From: Flavobacterium sp.
Lineage (GTDB): Bacteria; Bacteroidota; Bacteroidia; Flavobacteriales; Flavobacteriaceae
Assembly: GCF_044348915.1 (NCBI RefSeq)
Contig: NZ_JBIKRX010000001.1
Span: forward strand, 6,075 to 70,074
Direction of reading: 5' to 3'
DNA length: 64,000 nucleotides
In this document: piece by piece, positions 18,996-29,194 of the stretch
How positions within the stretch are numbered: the first letter of the stretch is position 1
How the letters are laid out: every line of letters begins with the position of its first letter
Notes under the pieces: model-generated
Told to the model about the DNA's origin: nothing
Database searches by the model: none
Seen by the model: the letters and a program-made list of their open reading frames with translations, nothing else
Position numbers and translations under genes: made by a program

Positions 18996-20720
18996 CTAAT
19001 TTGTTTTAATGATTACTCCGTTTTTATCGACTGACAACCCTTTTTTGGTTGTTGTTTCTTTTACTTTTACCACTTCGCCATTTACGGTTACAGTTGTAGT
19101 AACCACACTGTCTTTTACTTGTTCAGTATCAATGGTAATATTTTCAATATCTTCATTTGGACAATTCAGGCATCTGATTTTTTCACTTTCTACTATATAC
19201 AAAGCATCTTTGTTGTCTGGTTTCCATAAAAAGTAGTCGCCATCTGTTTGGTCATAATTGGCCATCGATTCGTCCATTTTCAATAAAGTGCCTAAAGGTA
19301 AGAATAAAGTTATTTCAATTTCTTGATCGCGGAATTTTTCTTTTAGATCAGACAATAAATAATTGTCAAATATCAATTGATTTCCAACTACTTTATAACT
19401 GTATTTTATTTTTTCAGCTCTTTGTTTTGCTTCGAAAAGGTTTTTTCCCTTTGCTTCTTTTTCTATTTGAATATAAGCCGATTTTGTATCGTTTTGTACA
19501 ATTTTAAAGCTAACATTGTTAGAATAGATTACATCATTTCCAGTTGAGTCTAAGGTAATTTTGAAATTTTCGTTATCATATAGATTCTTCGCAAAATTTG
19601 TATTATGTGTGAATTTTAACAAAAGAGTATCTGTAGGTTTTAGGATAATGTTTTCTTTCACTACGACTCTTCCGTCAACAGCAAAGGCTGATGCTTGTTT
19701 TAATCCTATTGCGATTGCCAAGGAAACAGAAATCAACCAAATGGCCAGTAGAGTGTATTTTGCAACGTTTCCTATTGATTTCAAGTTTGGAGACAGTAAT
19801 TTGAATCCCAATAATGCCAAGAAAAAGAAAGGAATTCCAACGGTAAAAAACATAATTAATCCAAAAGTCCACACCGGATAATCGGTGAAATTGCCTGCTT
19901 CAATAAAACTTTGCCAAGGCAAATCGACTACTGATGAAGAACCTAGAGTGAAAACTCCAATGAATAATGCTGCAAGGGTGAAAAGTCCGATCATAATCAG
20001 TATAACTCCTAAGAATTTCGAAAAGACTCTAAGCACTGCAATAATGAAATCGCCTAGTGAACTCCCAGCTTTCTCGGCTCCAGTTTTTACACGGTTGCCC
20101 ATTTCGTCATAATTGGCGTTTTTAATTTTTTCAGATACGTTTTCAAATTCTTCTCTTACCTTTTTTTCAATGTTAGAAATGGTTACCGGTTCGCCGGTCA
20201 TTTCTAATTTTTCAGCAGTTGTTTTTGCTTCTGGCATTACAATCCAAAGGATGATATAAGCCAAAACTCCTGTTCCCCAAGCAAACAATAGGATTAAGAA
20301 AAAGATACGTAACCATACTTTATCGATCCCAAAGTAATGTCCAAGACCTGCAAGAACACCACCAAGCATTCCGTTGTCTTTATCGCGATACAATTTTCGG
20401 TTTTGAGAATAAGCGTTAGAAGTAAAATTAGGAGTTGTTTTTCCTGTTTCTTCATCGTCAATTCTATAATCTTCTGGTTGACCCATGACAGCGATCACCT
20501 CGTCAACATCTTTGAGACCCACTACGTGTTTCTCTGTTTTTTGTTTTTCGGTCAATAATTCCGAAACACGCATTTCGATGTCTTTGATGATTTCGTCTTG
20601 ACCTGAAGAGTAAGACAAAGAACGTTTTATAGCGTCAAAATATCGCGTTAGTTTTTGGTATGCATCTTCATCAATATGGAAGAACATTCCGCCTAAATTT
20701 ATGTTTACAGTTTTGTTCAT
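18996..20720 (-). CDS. PspC domain-containing membrane protein
   Basis: KLYRDKDNGMLGGVLAGLGHYFGID...YIILWIVMP. Confidence 0.88.
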   Translation of the reverse strand: MNKTVNINLGGMFFHIDEDAYQKLTRYFDAIKRSLSYSSGQDEIIKDIEMRVSELLTEKQKTEKHVVGLKDVDEVIAVMGQPEDYRIDDEETGKTTPNFTSNAYSQNRKLYRDKDNGMLGGVLAGLGHYFGIDKVWLRIFFLILLFAWGTGVLAYIILWIVMPEAKTTAEKLEMTGEPVTISNIEKKVREEFENVSEKIKNANYDEMGNRVKTGAEKAGSSLGDFIIAVLRVFSKFLGVILIMIGLFTLAALFIGVFTLGSSSVVDLPWQSFIEAGNFTDYPVWTFGLIMFFTVGIPFFFLALLGFKLLSPNLKSIGNVAKYTLLAIWLISVSLAIAIGLKQASAFAVDGRVVVKENIILKPTDTLLLKFTHNTNFAKNLYDNENFKITLDSTGNDVIYSNNVSFKIVQNDTKSAYIQIEKEAKGKNLFEAKQRAEKIKYSYKVVGNQLIFDNYLLSDLKEKFRDQEIEITLFLPLGTLLKMDESMANYDQTDGDYFLWKPDNKDALYIVESEKIRCLNCPNEDIENITIDTEQVKDSVVTTTVTVNGEVVKVKETTTKKGLSVDKNGVIIKTN

Positions 20721-20722
20721 GG

Positions 20723-21055
20723 CTATTGTTTTTGTGTTGTGATTAGGTTTACTGCATCAGACAATTCTGTCCAAGTGCCATTCAATTCGTTTAAAAATGT
20801 TTGTCCAATTTCGGTCAAACCATAATACTTTCTTGGTGGACCGGATAGTGATTCTTCCCAACGATAGCTGAGTAATCCGTCGTTTTTCAATCGGGTAAGC
20901 AGCGGATAAACCGTTCCCTCCACAACCAATAATTTTGCGTTTTTCAAAGTGTCTAATATTTCTGAGGTATATGCTTCTTTGTCTTTTAGGACTGATAAGA
21001 TGCAAAACTCTAGAACACCTTTGCGCATTTGGGCTTTTGTGTTTTCAATGTTCAT
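20723..21055 (-). CDS. PadR family transcriptional regulator
   Basis: QMRKGVLEFCIL, EGTVYPLLTRL, GPPRKYYGLT. Confidence 0.93.
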   Translation of the reverse strand: MNIENTKAQMRKGVLEFCILSVLKDKEAYTSEILDTLKNAKLLVVEGTVYPLLTRLKNDGLLSYRWEESLSGPPRKYYGLTEIGQTFLNELNGTWTELSDAVNLITTQKQ

Positions 21056-21145
21056 AGCTCTGTTTTTTGTTTTGTGATTTGATTGTACTGTTCATTTTTT
21101 GATTGATTTGCCAGCCAGTCAGAAGACCGCTGTGATTGTTGATGA

Positions 21146-21601
21146 TTATTTAAGAAAGGGTATCGTTAGTGGATACTCGTATTTTTCTCCGTTTGATGTT
21201 TTTACCGAAGCATAAATGATTAGGAAAAACTCGGCTACTTTCATGCCAATTAGCAGCAGAATGGCGATGATGGCTACAATGACAATTCCAGTGATGTTTT
21301 CAACGCTTAAATGATTTCTCATAAAATCATGATCATTGACTAAAGTTTCCAATGGAATATTGCTAAAGATTGTGATAAGAATAATAGGAATAGCAATGAT
21401 TGCTAAAACTAATGAATAAAGGAAAATGCTCAACTGAAAATTCAGCACTTGTTTTCCGTTATGATCCACAAATTCTGATTTGTCTTTATTGGTACTCCAG
21501 ATTAATAGAGGAAAAATGTAATTCCCGAAAGGGATGCAATACTGACTTAATGCACTCAAATGAGTAAAGGTTGCAAGGTTTTTATTATTTGTAGTTTCCA
21601 T
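21146..21601 (-). CDS. DUF4870-like membrane protein
   Basis: HLSAL...GNYIFPLLIW...HNGKQVLNFQLS...YEYPLTI. Confidence 0.8.
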   Translation of the reverse strand: METTNNKNLATFTHLSALSQYCIPFGNYIFPLLIWSTNKDKSEFVDHNGKQVLNFQLSIFLYSLVLAIIAIPIILITIFSNIPLETLVNDHDFMRNHLSVENITGIVIVAIIAILLLIGMKVAEFFLIIYASVKTSNGEKYEYPLTIPFLK

Positions 21602-21835
21602 AGTTTAAAAGTATATAGTAATTTCTTATGCAAATATATGGCTAAAAGACAGTATCTTGTATCGCATAGTACCATATATTAACAAAATATTAACATTTGC
21701 GTTTTTAGTTTTAGGGATATACAATTATACAAAGTCAATAAAATCAGACTCTACAGCAGGTTTTGGTAAATTAAGCTTAGAACACCAGCCATTTGATTGA
21801 ATTTTGTTATTTTTACAAGAATAAAAGTAAAGTAA

Positions 21836-22297
21836 ATGCAAATCACGGTATCTAAACTCAATTCATTTTTGTTTTTCAAATTGCCATCAGCTTTTATTTC
21901 TGGCGTTCGTGTCCAGTTAATAGAAGATTCTAAATGCATAGTGACTGTAAAACATCGTTGGATCAATCAAAATCCTTTCAATTCGATGTATTTTGCAGTG
22001 CAAGCTATGGCCGCTGAACTATCTACCGGAGCACTTGTTATGAATCATATTGAAAATAGCGGTACAAAGATTTCGATGTTGGTGGCGAATAACAAATCTA
22101 ATTTTTCTAAAAAAGCTACAGGAAGAATCACTTTTGTATGTAATGACGGTGATTTGGCTGAAAAATCTATTCAAGAAGCCCTTGCTACGGGAGAAGGTAG
22201 AACCTTTTGGATGAAATCCATCGGAACCAACGAAAAAGGGGAGCAGGTTTCAGAAATGGAATTTGAATGGAGCGTTAAAGCAAAATCAATCCAATAG
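21836..22297 (+). CDS. Hotdog-fold thioesterase-like protein (DUF4442-like)
   Basis: NQNPFNSMYFAVQAMAAELSTG, KKATGRITF. Confidence 0.8.
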   Translation: MQITVSKLNSFLFFKLPSAFISGVRVQLIEDSKCIVTVKHRWINQNPFNSMYFAVQAMAAELSTGALVMNHIENSGTKISMLVANNKSNFSKKATGRITFVCNDGDLAEKSIQEALATGEGRTFWMKSIGTNEKGEQVSEMEFEWSVKAKSIQ

Positions 22298-22374
22298 ATA
22301 TGTAAACAATAAGCATAAAAAAAATGGTTTAGAATTTCTAAACCATTTTTTTTTTTTTTGAAATAATTTATTTC

Positions 22375-22417
22375 GTAGCGAGACCGTGATTTGAACTCGG
22401 GACCTAAGGGTTATGAA
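22375..22417 (-). repeat. Degenerate att core (tRNA-Met 3' half), distal end of the older island
   Basis: gtagcgagaccgTgatttgaactcgggacctAagggttatgaa: 41/43 match to 42275..42317. Confidence 0.9.
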
Positions 22418-22442
22418 AGCACTCTTTTAGTTTTTACCAAAA

Positions 22443-22685
22443 TTAGTCGACTTTTTTCTGAGGATTTATAACTTCTGCTTTTTGGTATTTTTTATAATAA
22501 TAAAACAGTAGAATAATACCTATTATAAACATAGGAACAATCCAATCGTCAATTGGAGCAGGTGCTCCCGGATCATCCTCTCCCGGAAATCCTGGGTCTC
22601 CACCGACATCTGCCTTAGCAACAAAACTGAATAAATTAAAAACTACTAAATAAATCTTTGACTTCATTGGGCTTATGGTTTTCAT
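22443..22685 (-). CDS. Small secreted peptide with PID-CTERM-like sorting signal
   Basis: Signal peptide, Pro/Gly/Asp-rich DVGGDPGFPGEDDPGAPA, then PIDD-TM helix-basic tail (YKKYQK). Confidence 0.75.
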   Translation of the reverse strand: MKTISPMKSKIYLVVFNLFSFVAKADVGGDPGFPGEDDPGAPAPIDDWIVPMFIIGIILLFYYYKKYQKAEVINPQKKVD

Positions 22686-22699
22686 TAGTATTATTACTG

Positions 22700-25600
22700 T
22701 TACTTAATAATTAATTTTCTTGTAAACGTTTTTCCTTCTTGCTTAACTTGTATTATATAAATCCCTATTTGTAATGAAGTAACATTTACACTATTACTTA
22801 ATTGCATCAATTTACCTTCTTGTACTTGTTGACCCAATAAATTGGTAAGTGTGTAACTAGCCGATGTTGTATTCTCTTTTAACAACACTGTAAACACTCC
22901 CGCATCCACGGGATTAGGATACACTCCAACAGACAAAATATCTTTGTCATTTGTACTCAATGCAGATTGGTAAATGATTCTAAAGCGACTATCTGGATTC
23001 GTACTATTTGCTACTACTCCTGTAAACGGAAGCACTACTTCTGAACCATCGGTCGGGATAGGCGTTACCGTTCCCGTTTGTGTGTCTTGGATAAAGGGTT
23101 GTAAATTAGTATTGGTATAACTTTCAGCTTTTACTTTTAAAAGATAAGGCTGAACCGTTGTTCCTGTCAAACGCATCGATTGTGCTGTGCTCGCAGTGGG
23201 TAGTCCTCTGTATTCAATGGCTAAATTAGAGGTGCCATTGCTAAACATTAGATTTTCATCAAAGTTTGACATTTTACCTGTATCCGTATGATCAACCTCA
23301 TTGTTTCCAGATGAACTATTTACAGCTAAAATTCCATCGGCCAATTGCCACTCTGAATTGTTTTGTTTGTACAATAAAACCCGTATTTTATCTGCTGGGC
23401 TATTCGCAATTCTTGAAAACCAACTGTTACTACTGCCTGAAATTTTATGTGATTCCGCAATAGAAAAAGTGCTGTTGCTGGCTGTGCGCACAAAAAATGC
23501 CTGACCACTTTGTATGTTTTTATCGGTAGCCGAGGGGGTTGTGGGTGCCCAATTCGTTCCGTCATACGTAAAGTATCCGCCAACTTTTCCTAAAGATGGA
23601 TCTACCATCCATACTTTAGAGCCTGAATTGGCTAGTACCATAGCTTCAGTATTTAAAGCACTGGCATAGGGATTGGCTACTAAATTGTATTGATTTCCTA
23701 TGATGCTGTTTGATACCGCTCCAGTAATTAATTGCCCTTGCGGTTTTAAAGTAGTTGCTGCTTCACCCAAGGCAACGTTAGTGCTGTTGAAATGCCCTGT
23801 GGCAAAAACTAAGAAACCATTAGTGCCAGTTGAGGTAAATAAATTTTCATTTGTTAGATTGGGAATGGCTTGCCATCCGTTATTGTATTTCCAAATGTTA
23901 GGCATTCCACCGCCCAAAGTATAACCCGTCATGGTTTGACTTTGATAGGTAGCTGGGCTAAACAATAACAATCCTTCTCCATTAACGCCTTGCCAATTTG
24001 CAGGAACAGTAGTGTTTGTAGCGCCTTTCAATGGAGCATTCAATAATCGCCATGCCCGTTTGGCAGGAATGTAACGTTCTATAGTAGCCAATCCGCTTAC
24101 ACGGTTAAATGTACCGCCTAAAGAACCAAAAGCTGCAGTTCCTGTGGCATCCGATTTAAAAATTAGATTTCCGTCATGGGTAAAGTTACCACCAGAGGTA
24201 ATGGTCTTGCCAGCGGCTATGGTGGTGTTTCCTTTGAGATGCATTATAGTGCTCGATCCAGTGGTGGTTAAATTCGAATTGATTGCCACATTATTTCCAT
24301 ATAATTCAATTCCTGCGCCACCAATTACATCAGCATTTACCGTGATATTTTTATCGTTAGTTACATTACCAATGGTAAGTCCGGTACAAGTAGCCGTTAA
24401 ATTCGCAATTGGATAGATAACATCCGCTGAAAAAGTGGTTCCTCTTGGAATGTATTTAAAAGCACCTGAAGCCGTTAATGTTCTTGCTGAGCTTAAACCT
24501 CCAAGTGGATTGTCAGTGTATAAAGAAATGTCTCCGTTATTAGTCGTCGTCAAATTGGCATTTAATGTAATTGTGCCTCCATAAATATTAATAGGACCGG
24601 CAATGGACTGGGCTGAAGAAACCGTAATGTTCGCTGTATTGCTTGCCTTACCCAAGGTCAATCCGTTTATCGTGTTGGCAATGCTTAAATTGGTAATGGG
24701 GTAAGTAAGAGCACTGGCAAAACTGTTACTTGATGGCTCAATCGTGACGGTTCCGCTGGTATTGACCGCTATGCCACCTGCTGCAAGCGCAATATTGTCT
24801 GCAGTAAGGACCACATTGCTACTGGAACTTAAAATACTTCCACCTTGCCCAATGTTTATTTTGGAAGGGCCTGAAGTTTGGCCACCTAAATTTATTGCTG
24901 TTGCCACCTGCACCGCTTTCGTATTTCCATTTAAAGTGATATTCCCTGAATTAGCAAATACATTGATGATGCCGTGATAAAAATTTCCGGCTACGATGCT
25001 TCTGCCTGTGCCCAAGGCATTACCGTTCATGACAATATTCCCGCCTCCGGAAGCTGTGATATTCAAAGTACCACTAAGGCCAATCGCGTCTTCAGTTCCT
25101 CTTCCTACACCAGTAATCGTAATCGCATCACCTGAAGTTGAAGAGGATGAGATATTCACTGTTGAGGCAATTGCATTATCATGCAAACCAAATAAAATTC
25201 CTCCACGATTTCCTGCGGCAGTACTAGTTACCTGACCGTCCATTTCAATTTTGCCACTTCCGGAATTAATATTAATGGTATTTCCATAAGAAACAATACC
25301 TCTAGCTGAAGCAGCACCATCCCCTGCAATTTTTATATTCCCGCCAAAAGAGGTTATTGAATTTCGTTCTAAATAGATACCTGCGGCTATGTCAGTACCG
25401 GTGTTAGAAGGGGTAAATAACGTTCCCGGAACAGCATAGCCGTTACCGACACTTAACCCATTCCATGTTGTTCCGTTGCTACCACCTCCAATCCAAACGT
25501 GTCCACCTGCTACAGTATTGCTGCCGGTAACAATAGATGAACCGTTTCTTAGGGCAATACTTCCATTCGCAGTTCCATTATCACTATTTGCCCAAAGGAT

Positions 25601-27166
25601 AGCAGAACCTCCGCTCGTTGTGATGCTTTTACTAGCAGCTAAAACAATATCGCCTGTACCTTTGAGTAAAACATTTCCAGAGGAAGCGCCTGCTGATGTA
25701 TTTAAATTTTCATTAATGTTGATATTACCTCCATATATGGTGATCGGCCCCGCAGGAGATAAGACATTCGCAAAGGTCAGATCGGTGGTATTGGTACTCT
25801 TACCTAACGTGAAACTAGAAAGTGTAGTTCCAAAATTCCAGTCGTTGTCATAAGTAAGTGTACCACCTGCGTCATCGGCGCGCATGTATGTAAATGCGTT
25901 GCCTGTTGGCTGAATGGTTAGGGTGCCTGTAGTTTGAACAGCTATAGAACCTGTGCTTGAATGTAAATATCGTTGATAAATGGAATTCCCTTCAATTAGA
26001 ATATTACCCGTGTACGAATTTGTCCCATCGAAACCAACTCTAATTGAATTTGATTCATTTCTCGGATCAAAACGAATAGAATTGCAATATTGTCCTGAGG
26101 ATTCAAGTGAATTGGTTCCCCTAATTGTTATATTTCCAGAACGTGATATAATTTCCGTAGCTCCTCCAATTGCTAACCCTTCTTTATCATTAACAGTTGC
26201 CGCAAAATATGCATTTCCTTCTATTTGTATATTTCCCGAAGTCGTAGAAATTATTGTTTTTGCAGTCGATGACGAACCAGTAATAACTGCTCCAAATCGA
26301 AAACCATTATCGTTTGGGGAATTATCAGACCCTGTTCCCCTAATACTTATAGATCCCGTTGTAGTGGTAATCGATGTTGCTGTTGTTGTTGTTGATTCTA
26401 TACGGGTGCCATTACCAATTGAATATCTACCATCTAATTCTCCATTAATTTCAATATTGCCACTTACACTTGAAATATCTGAGTTTACCATACGAACGCC
26501 ATAATTCTCTCCGCTGTTTGCAGAAGAATTAAAAGAAAGGCCGGCTAAATAAACATTCCCGCCATTTGTGTTTAATGTGGAGTTTTCAATCCATAATCCG
26601 GGTGTATTGTCTGTCCAGGTTCTTGCTACATCATTACCTACAGTCAAACCATTCCAGGTAACATTTCCAGAGCCGCCCCCGATCCATAGATGACCGCCGT
26701 TAGTATTGATTGTGTTATTCTGTCTTATGGAGATACGACCATTATTTGGTATGCCACCCGAACTAGCAGCTCTTAAAACCACATTCAAGGCACCGCTACC
26801 GGTGGCTGTTATTGACTGATTGAGTGATGTTAAAAAAATGTCATTGGCAATTAAAAAAGTTAATGTTCTTGTTGCCGACCCTGTGTAAGTTATAGTTCCA
26901 TCGATAGAGCATTGTCTTATTTGATTACTTTGCCCAGGTAGAACCACTGTAAGGTTACCCACATTGTTTAAGTGATTTGAGATTACGTTTGGATGCACAT
27001 CGGCTGTTCCTGAGGATGCTACATTTAAAGTGTTCCCCGTGATACTCCAGTTTGTACCAGAGGTTCCTGTTTGCCCTGTACTTATAATATTAAGATTTTG
27101 AGATTGTAGGGAATAAATCCCTAAGAAAAATAATAAAATAGGGTAGCTGGTAAGAAGTTTTTTCAT
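22700..27166 (-). CDS. Large T9SS-secreted beta-helical adhesin-like protein (probable start MKKLLTS)
   Basis: Signal peptide; G/T/N/S-rich repeats; C-terminal VYPNP...TNLLGQQV...IYIIQV...TRKLIIK type A CTD. Confidence 0.85.
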   Translation of the reverse strand: MKKLLTSYPILLFFLGIYSLQSQNLNIISTGQTGTSGTNWSITGNTLNVASSGTADVHPNVISNHLNNVGNLTVVLPGQSNQIRQCSIDGTITYTGSATRTLTFLIANDIFLTSLNQSITATGSGALNVVLRAASSGGIPNNGRISIRQNNTINTNGGHLWIGGGSGNVTWNGLTVGNDVARTWTDNTPGLWIENSTLNTNGGNVYLAGLSFNSSANSGENYGVRMVNSDISSVSGNIEINGELDGRYSIGNGTRIESTTTTATSITTTTGSISIRGTGSDNSPNDNGFRFGAVITGSSSTAKTIISTTSGNIQIEGNAYFAATVNDKEGLAIGGATEIISRSGNITIRGTNSLESSGQYCNSIRFDPRNESNSIRVGFDGTNSYTGNILIEGNSIYQRYLHSSTGSIAVQTTGTLTIQPTGNAFTYMRADDAGGTLTYDNDWNFGTTLSSFTLGKSTNTTDLTFANVLSPAGPITIYGGNININENLNTSAGASSGNVLLKGTGDIVLAASKSITTSGGSAILWANSDNGTANGSIALRNGSSIVTGSNTVAGGHVWIGGGSNGTTWNGLSVGNGYAVPGTLFTPSNTGTDIAAGIYLERNSITSFGGNIKIAGDGAASARGIVSYGNTININSGSGKIEMDGQVTSTAAGNRGGILFGLHDNAIASTVNISSSSTSGDAITITGVGRGTEDAIGLSGTLNITASGGGNIVMNGNALGTGRSIVAGNFYHGIINVFANSGNITLNGNTKAVQVATAINLGGQTSGPSKINIGQGGSILSSSSNVVLTADNIALAAGGIAVNTSGTVTIEPSSNSFASALTYPITNLSIANTINGLTLGKASNTANITVSSAQSIAGPINIYGGTITLNANLTTTNNGDISLYTDNPLGGLSSARTLTASGAFKYIPRGTTFSADVIYPIANLTATCTGLTIGNVTNDKNITVNADVIGGAGIELYGNNVAINSNLTTTGSSTIMHLKGNTTIAAGKTITSGGNFTHDGNLIFKSDATGTAAFGSLGGTFNRVSGLATIERYIPAKRAWRLLNAPLKGATNTTVPANWQGVNGEGLLLFSPATYQSQTMTGYTLGGGMPNIWKYNNGWQAIPNLTNENLFTSTGTNGFLVFATGHFNSTNVALGEAATTLKPQGQLITGAVSNSIIGNQYNLVANPYASALNTEAMVLANSGSKVWMVDPSLGKVGGYFTYDGTNWAPTTPSATDKNIQSGQAFFVRTASNSTFSIAESHKISGSSNSWFSRIANSPADKIRVLLYKQNNSEWQLADGILAVNSSSGNNEVDHTDTGKMSNFDENLMFSNGTSNLAIEYRGLPTASTAQSMRLTGTTVQPYLLKVKAESYTNTNLQPFIQDTQTGTVTPIPTDGSEVVLPFTGVVANSTNPDSRFRIIYQSALSTNDKDILSVGVYPNPVDAGVFTVLLKENTTSASYTLTNLLGQQVQEGKLMQLSNSVNVTSLQIGIYIIQVKQEGKTFTRKLIIK

Positions 27167-27220
27167 GTTTGTGTAATTTTTGCGCAAAAAAACTAATTGA
27201 AAAAAAAAAAACACCTAATA

Positions 27221-27266
27221 GTACCTCACGAAATATACTATGCCATAAAAAATGTACCTCACAAAA
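27221..27266. promoter_or_regulatory. Candidate operator: direct repeat GTACCTCAC(G/A)AAA, 33-bp period
   Basis: Copies at 27221 and 27254 upstream of the T9SS gene; followed towards the gene by an A12 run (27200-27211). Confidence 0.45.
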
Positions 27267-27301
27267 AACTCCTTAAGCAATATTATCTAATTGATTATCA
27301 A

Positions 27302-29194
27302 TTATAAATTCAGGATAAACTGCTGCAAATTAGCTTCGGTATTTAATTGTAACTTCTTGCGAATGATACTTCTGCTGTTTTCAATAGTTCGAACCGTTCT
27401 GTTGGTTAAATAAGCAATTTCTTTAGAGGTATAATTCAATCGCAACATGGCACAAATAATCAATTCATTTGGAGTCAAATCTGTAGAAATAAGTTTGAGT
27501 TTTTCGTAAAACGATTCATAAACCCCCATAAAACGATTCTCAAAATCCACTAAAAACGCATCGGGTCCAGAGGATTTTAATTTGCTTTTTAAACCATTAA
27601 ATTTAGTTTTATATTCTAAAGGCAAATCTTTTATAATAGTTTCTAAATCTGATTTAATTAATGATTTAGATTGCTGGATAGATATATTTTTTAGTGATAT
27701 TGTTACTAATTCTTTTGATTTCATCTCTAGTTCAGAGGCCGTTTTTTGATTCTTTAATTTCAACCTTTCTTGTTTTTTTAAGCTTTTATTTTGAAGGATA
27801 AAATAAACAACAAATAAAGCCATAACTAGTATAATAATACTAAAAACATAAATGTAATTATATGTGGTTTGTTTTCGTACTAGTAATTGTCGCTGTGCAT
27901 TAAGTTGTATGCTTCGCTCACGTTCTCGCGATAATTCCCATTCTGTTATTACACTTCTGGGTAAGTCGCCAGTAAAAGTTTCTTTATTTTTTATGTAGCT
28001 TCTATAATAAGCATTAGCAAGATTTGTATTCCCCAAAGCATCATAAATACGATAGGATGGTTCGTAATATCCTTTATTAAGCACTACCATATCAAAACGC
28101 TTTACCTCGTTTTCAATCAACTTAAGCGTACTCGCTGCTTCATTGTATTTTTTCTGATCATAATATACTTCGGCTCTGTTGATTTTATTAGCCAGAATAC
28201 CGAAATTAATTCCCATTTCATTACATAGAGAATCTGATAATCGAATAAAATGAAGCGCTTCGGAGTAATTTCCCTCTCTTCGTTTTAAATTGCCATAATT
28301 AGCATAACTCTGCGCAAGCAAAGCTGGTATTTTTTTTTCCTTTGCAATGCGTATAATGGTTTGATAGGTTTTTTCAGCCTCTTTGTAAGATTTCGTTTTG
28401 GTTTGAATAACTCCTAACGAATTATACAAATAGGTAGGATATTTATCGAAACTTAAAATCACTAACGAAGAATCAATATAGGTTTTAGCTTTATCCAAAC
28501 AATCCATATCCAAGTACATAGTGGCTAAATTATGATACAACGTAACTAATTTTAATTTTTCTGATGATTCTGTCAAATCAATTGCTTTATGATAGTGTAC
28601 CGCTGCTTGGAAAAAATTCCCTTGAAGATTTTCTAAATTCCCTTTATTCACGTGATAAACCAATCGTAAGGTCTTAGTGCTGTCTATTTTAACGTAATTA
28701 TGTAGCAAATCAACATATTTTTTTAAACTATCACTTTCTTTTCGATCACTAAAATATTTAGCCAAATTAACAATAGCATAAACTCGGGGCTTTTTATATA
28801 CTTTTCCTTCAGGGGTATTCAAAGTAAAACGTGCAAGTTTTTCAGCTACTTTCGCATAATCTTTATGAAAAGCAGCTACGTTTAATTCTTGTAAAAGTGT
28901 TTCTGTTAAGCCAACTTTGTCGTGTTTTTTAGCTTGAATCTTTGCTAACAACCAGGCCTCAACATCTATTGTATTTTTGTAGGGTCTCTCGATAACATGC
29001 AACAAAAAGTTCCATTGCTCGCTAGGTTTTATTTGAAGGTATTCAAGTTGAACCTCTTTTGTGACAAAATCCTGCTCTTTTACTTCGGTATGAACTTCAG
29101 ACTTCTGCTTATTGCAACTAAAGAATAGGAATGATGAAATAGAAGAGAAGATTAAAAAACAATAAAGAATGTGCTTTGGTTTCAAGTTTTTCAT
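27302..29194 (-). CDS. TPR - TM - LuxR-type HTH regulator
   Basis: N-terminal LFFSC lipobox-like segment, TPR helices (YNSLGVIQ, SYANYGNL), TM YIYVFSIIILVMALFVVYF, LTPNELIICAMLRLNYTSKEIA...RTIENSRSIIRKKL. Confidence 0.85.
   Translation of the reverse strand: MKNLKPKHILYCFLIFSSISSFLFFSCNKQKSEVHTEVKEQDFVTKEVQLEYLQIKPSEQWNFLLHVIERPYKNTIDVEAWLLAKIQAKKHDKVGLTETLLQELNVAAFHKDYAKVAEKLARFTLNTPEGKVYKKPRVYAIVNLAKYFSDRKESDSLKKYVDLLHNYVKIDSTKTLRLVYHVNKGNLENLQGNFFQAAVHYHKAIDLTESSEKLKLVTLYHNLATMYLDMDCLDKAKTYIDSSLVILSFDKYPTYLYNSLGVIQTKTKSYKEAEKTYQTIIRIAKEKKIPALLAQSYANYGNLKRREGNYSEALHFIRLSDSLCNEMGINFGILANKINRAEVYYDQKKYNEAASTLKLIENEVKRFDMVVLNKGYYEPSYRIYDALGNTNLANAYYRSYIKNKETFTGDLPRSVITEWELSRERERSIQLNAQRQLLVRKQTTYNYIYVFSIIILVMALFVVYFILQNKSLKKQERLKLKNQKTASELEMKSKELVTISLKNISIQQSKSLIKSDLETIIKDLPLEYKTKFNGLKSKLKSSGPDAFLVDFENRFMGVYESFYEKLKLISTDLTPNELIICAMLRLNYTSKEIAYLTNRTVRTIENSRSIIRKKLQLNTEANLQQFILNL

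Noticed and set aside
27221-27266. CCTCAC shared between the T9SS upstream repeats and the integrase arm sites
   Set aside because: Only 6-7 bp in common and 2.2 kb from any att core; a link to the integrase is unsupported.
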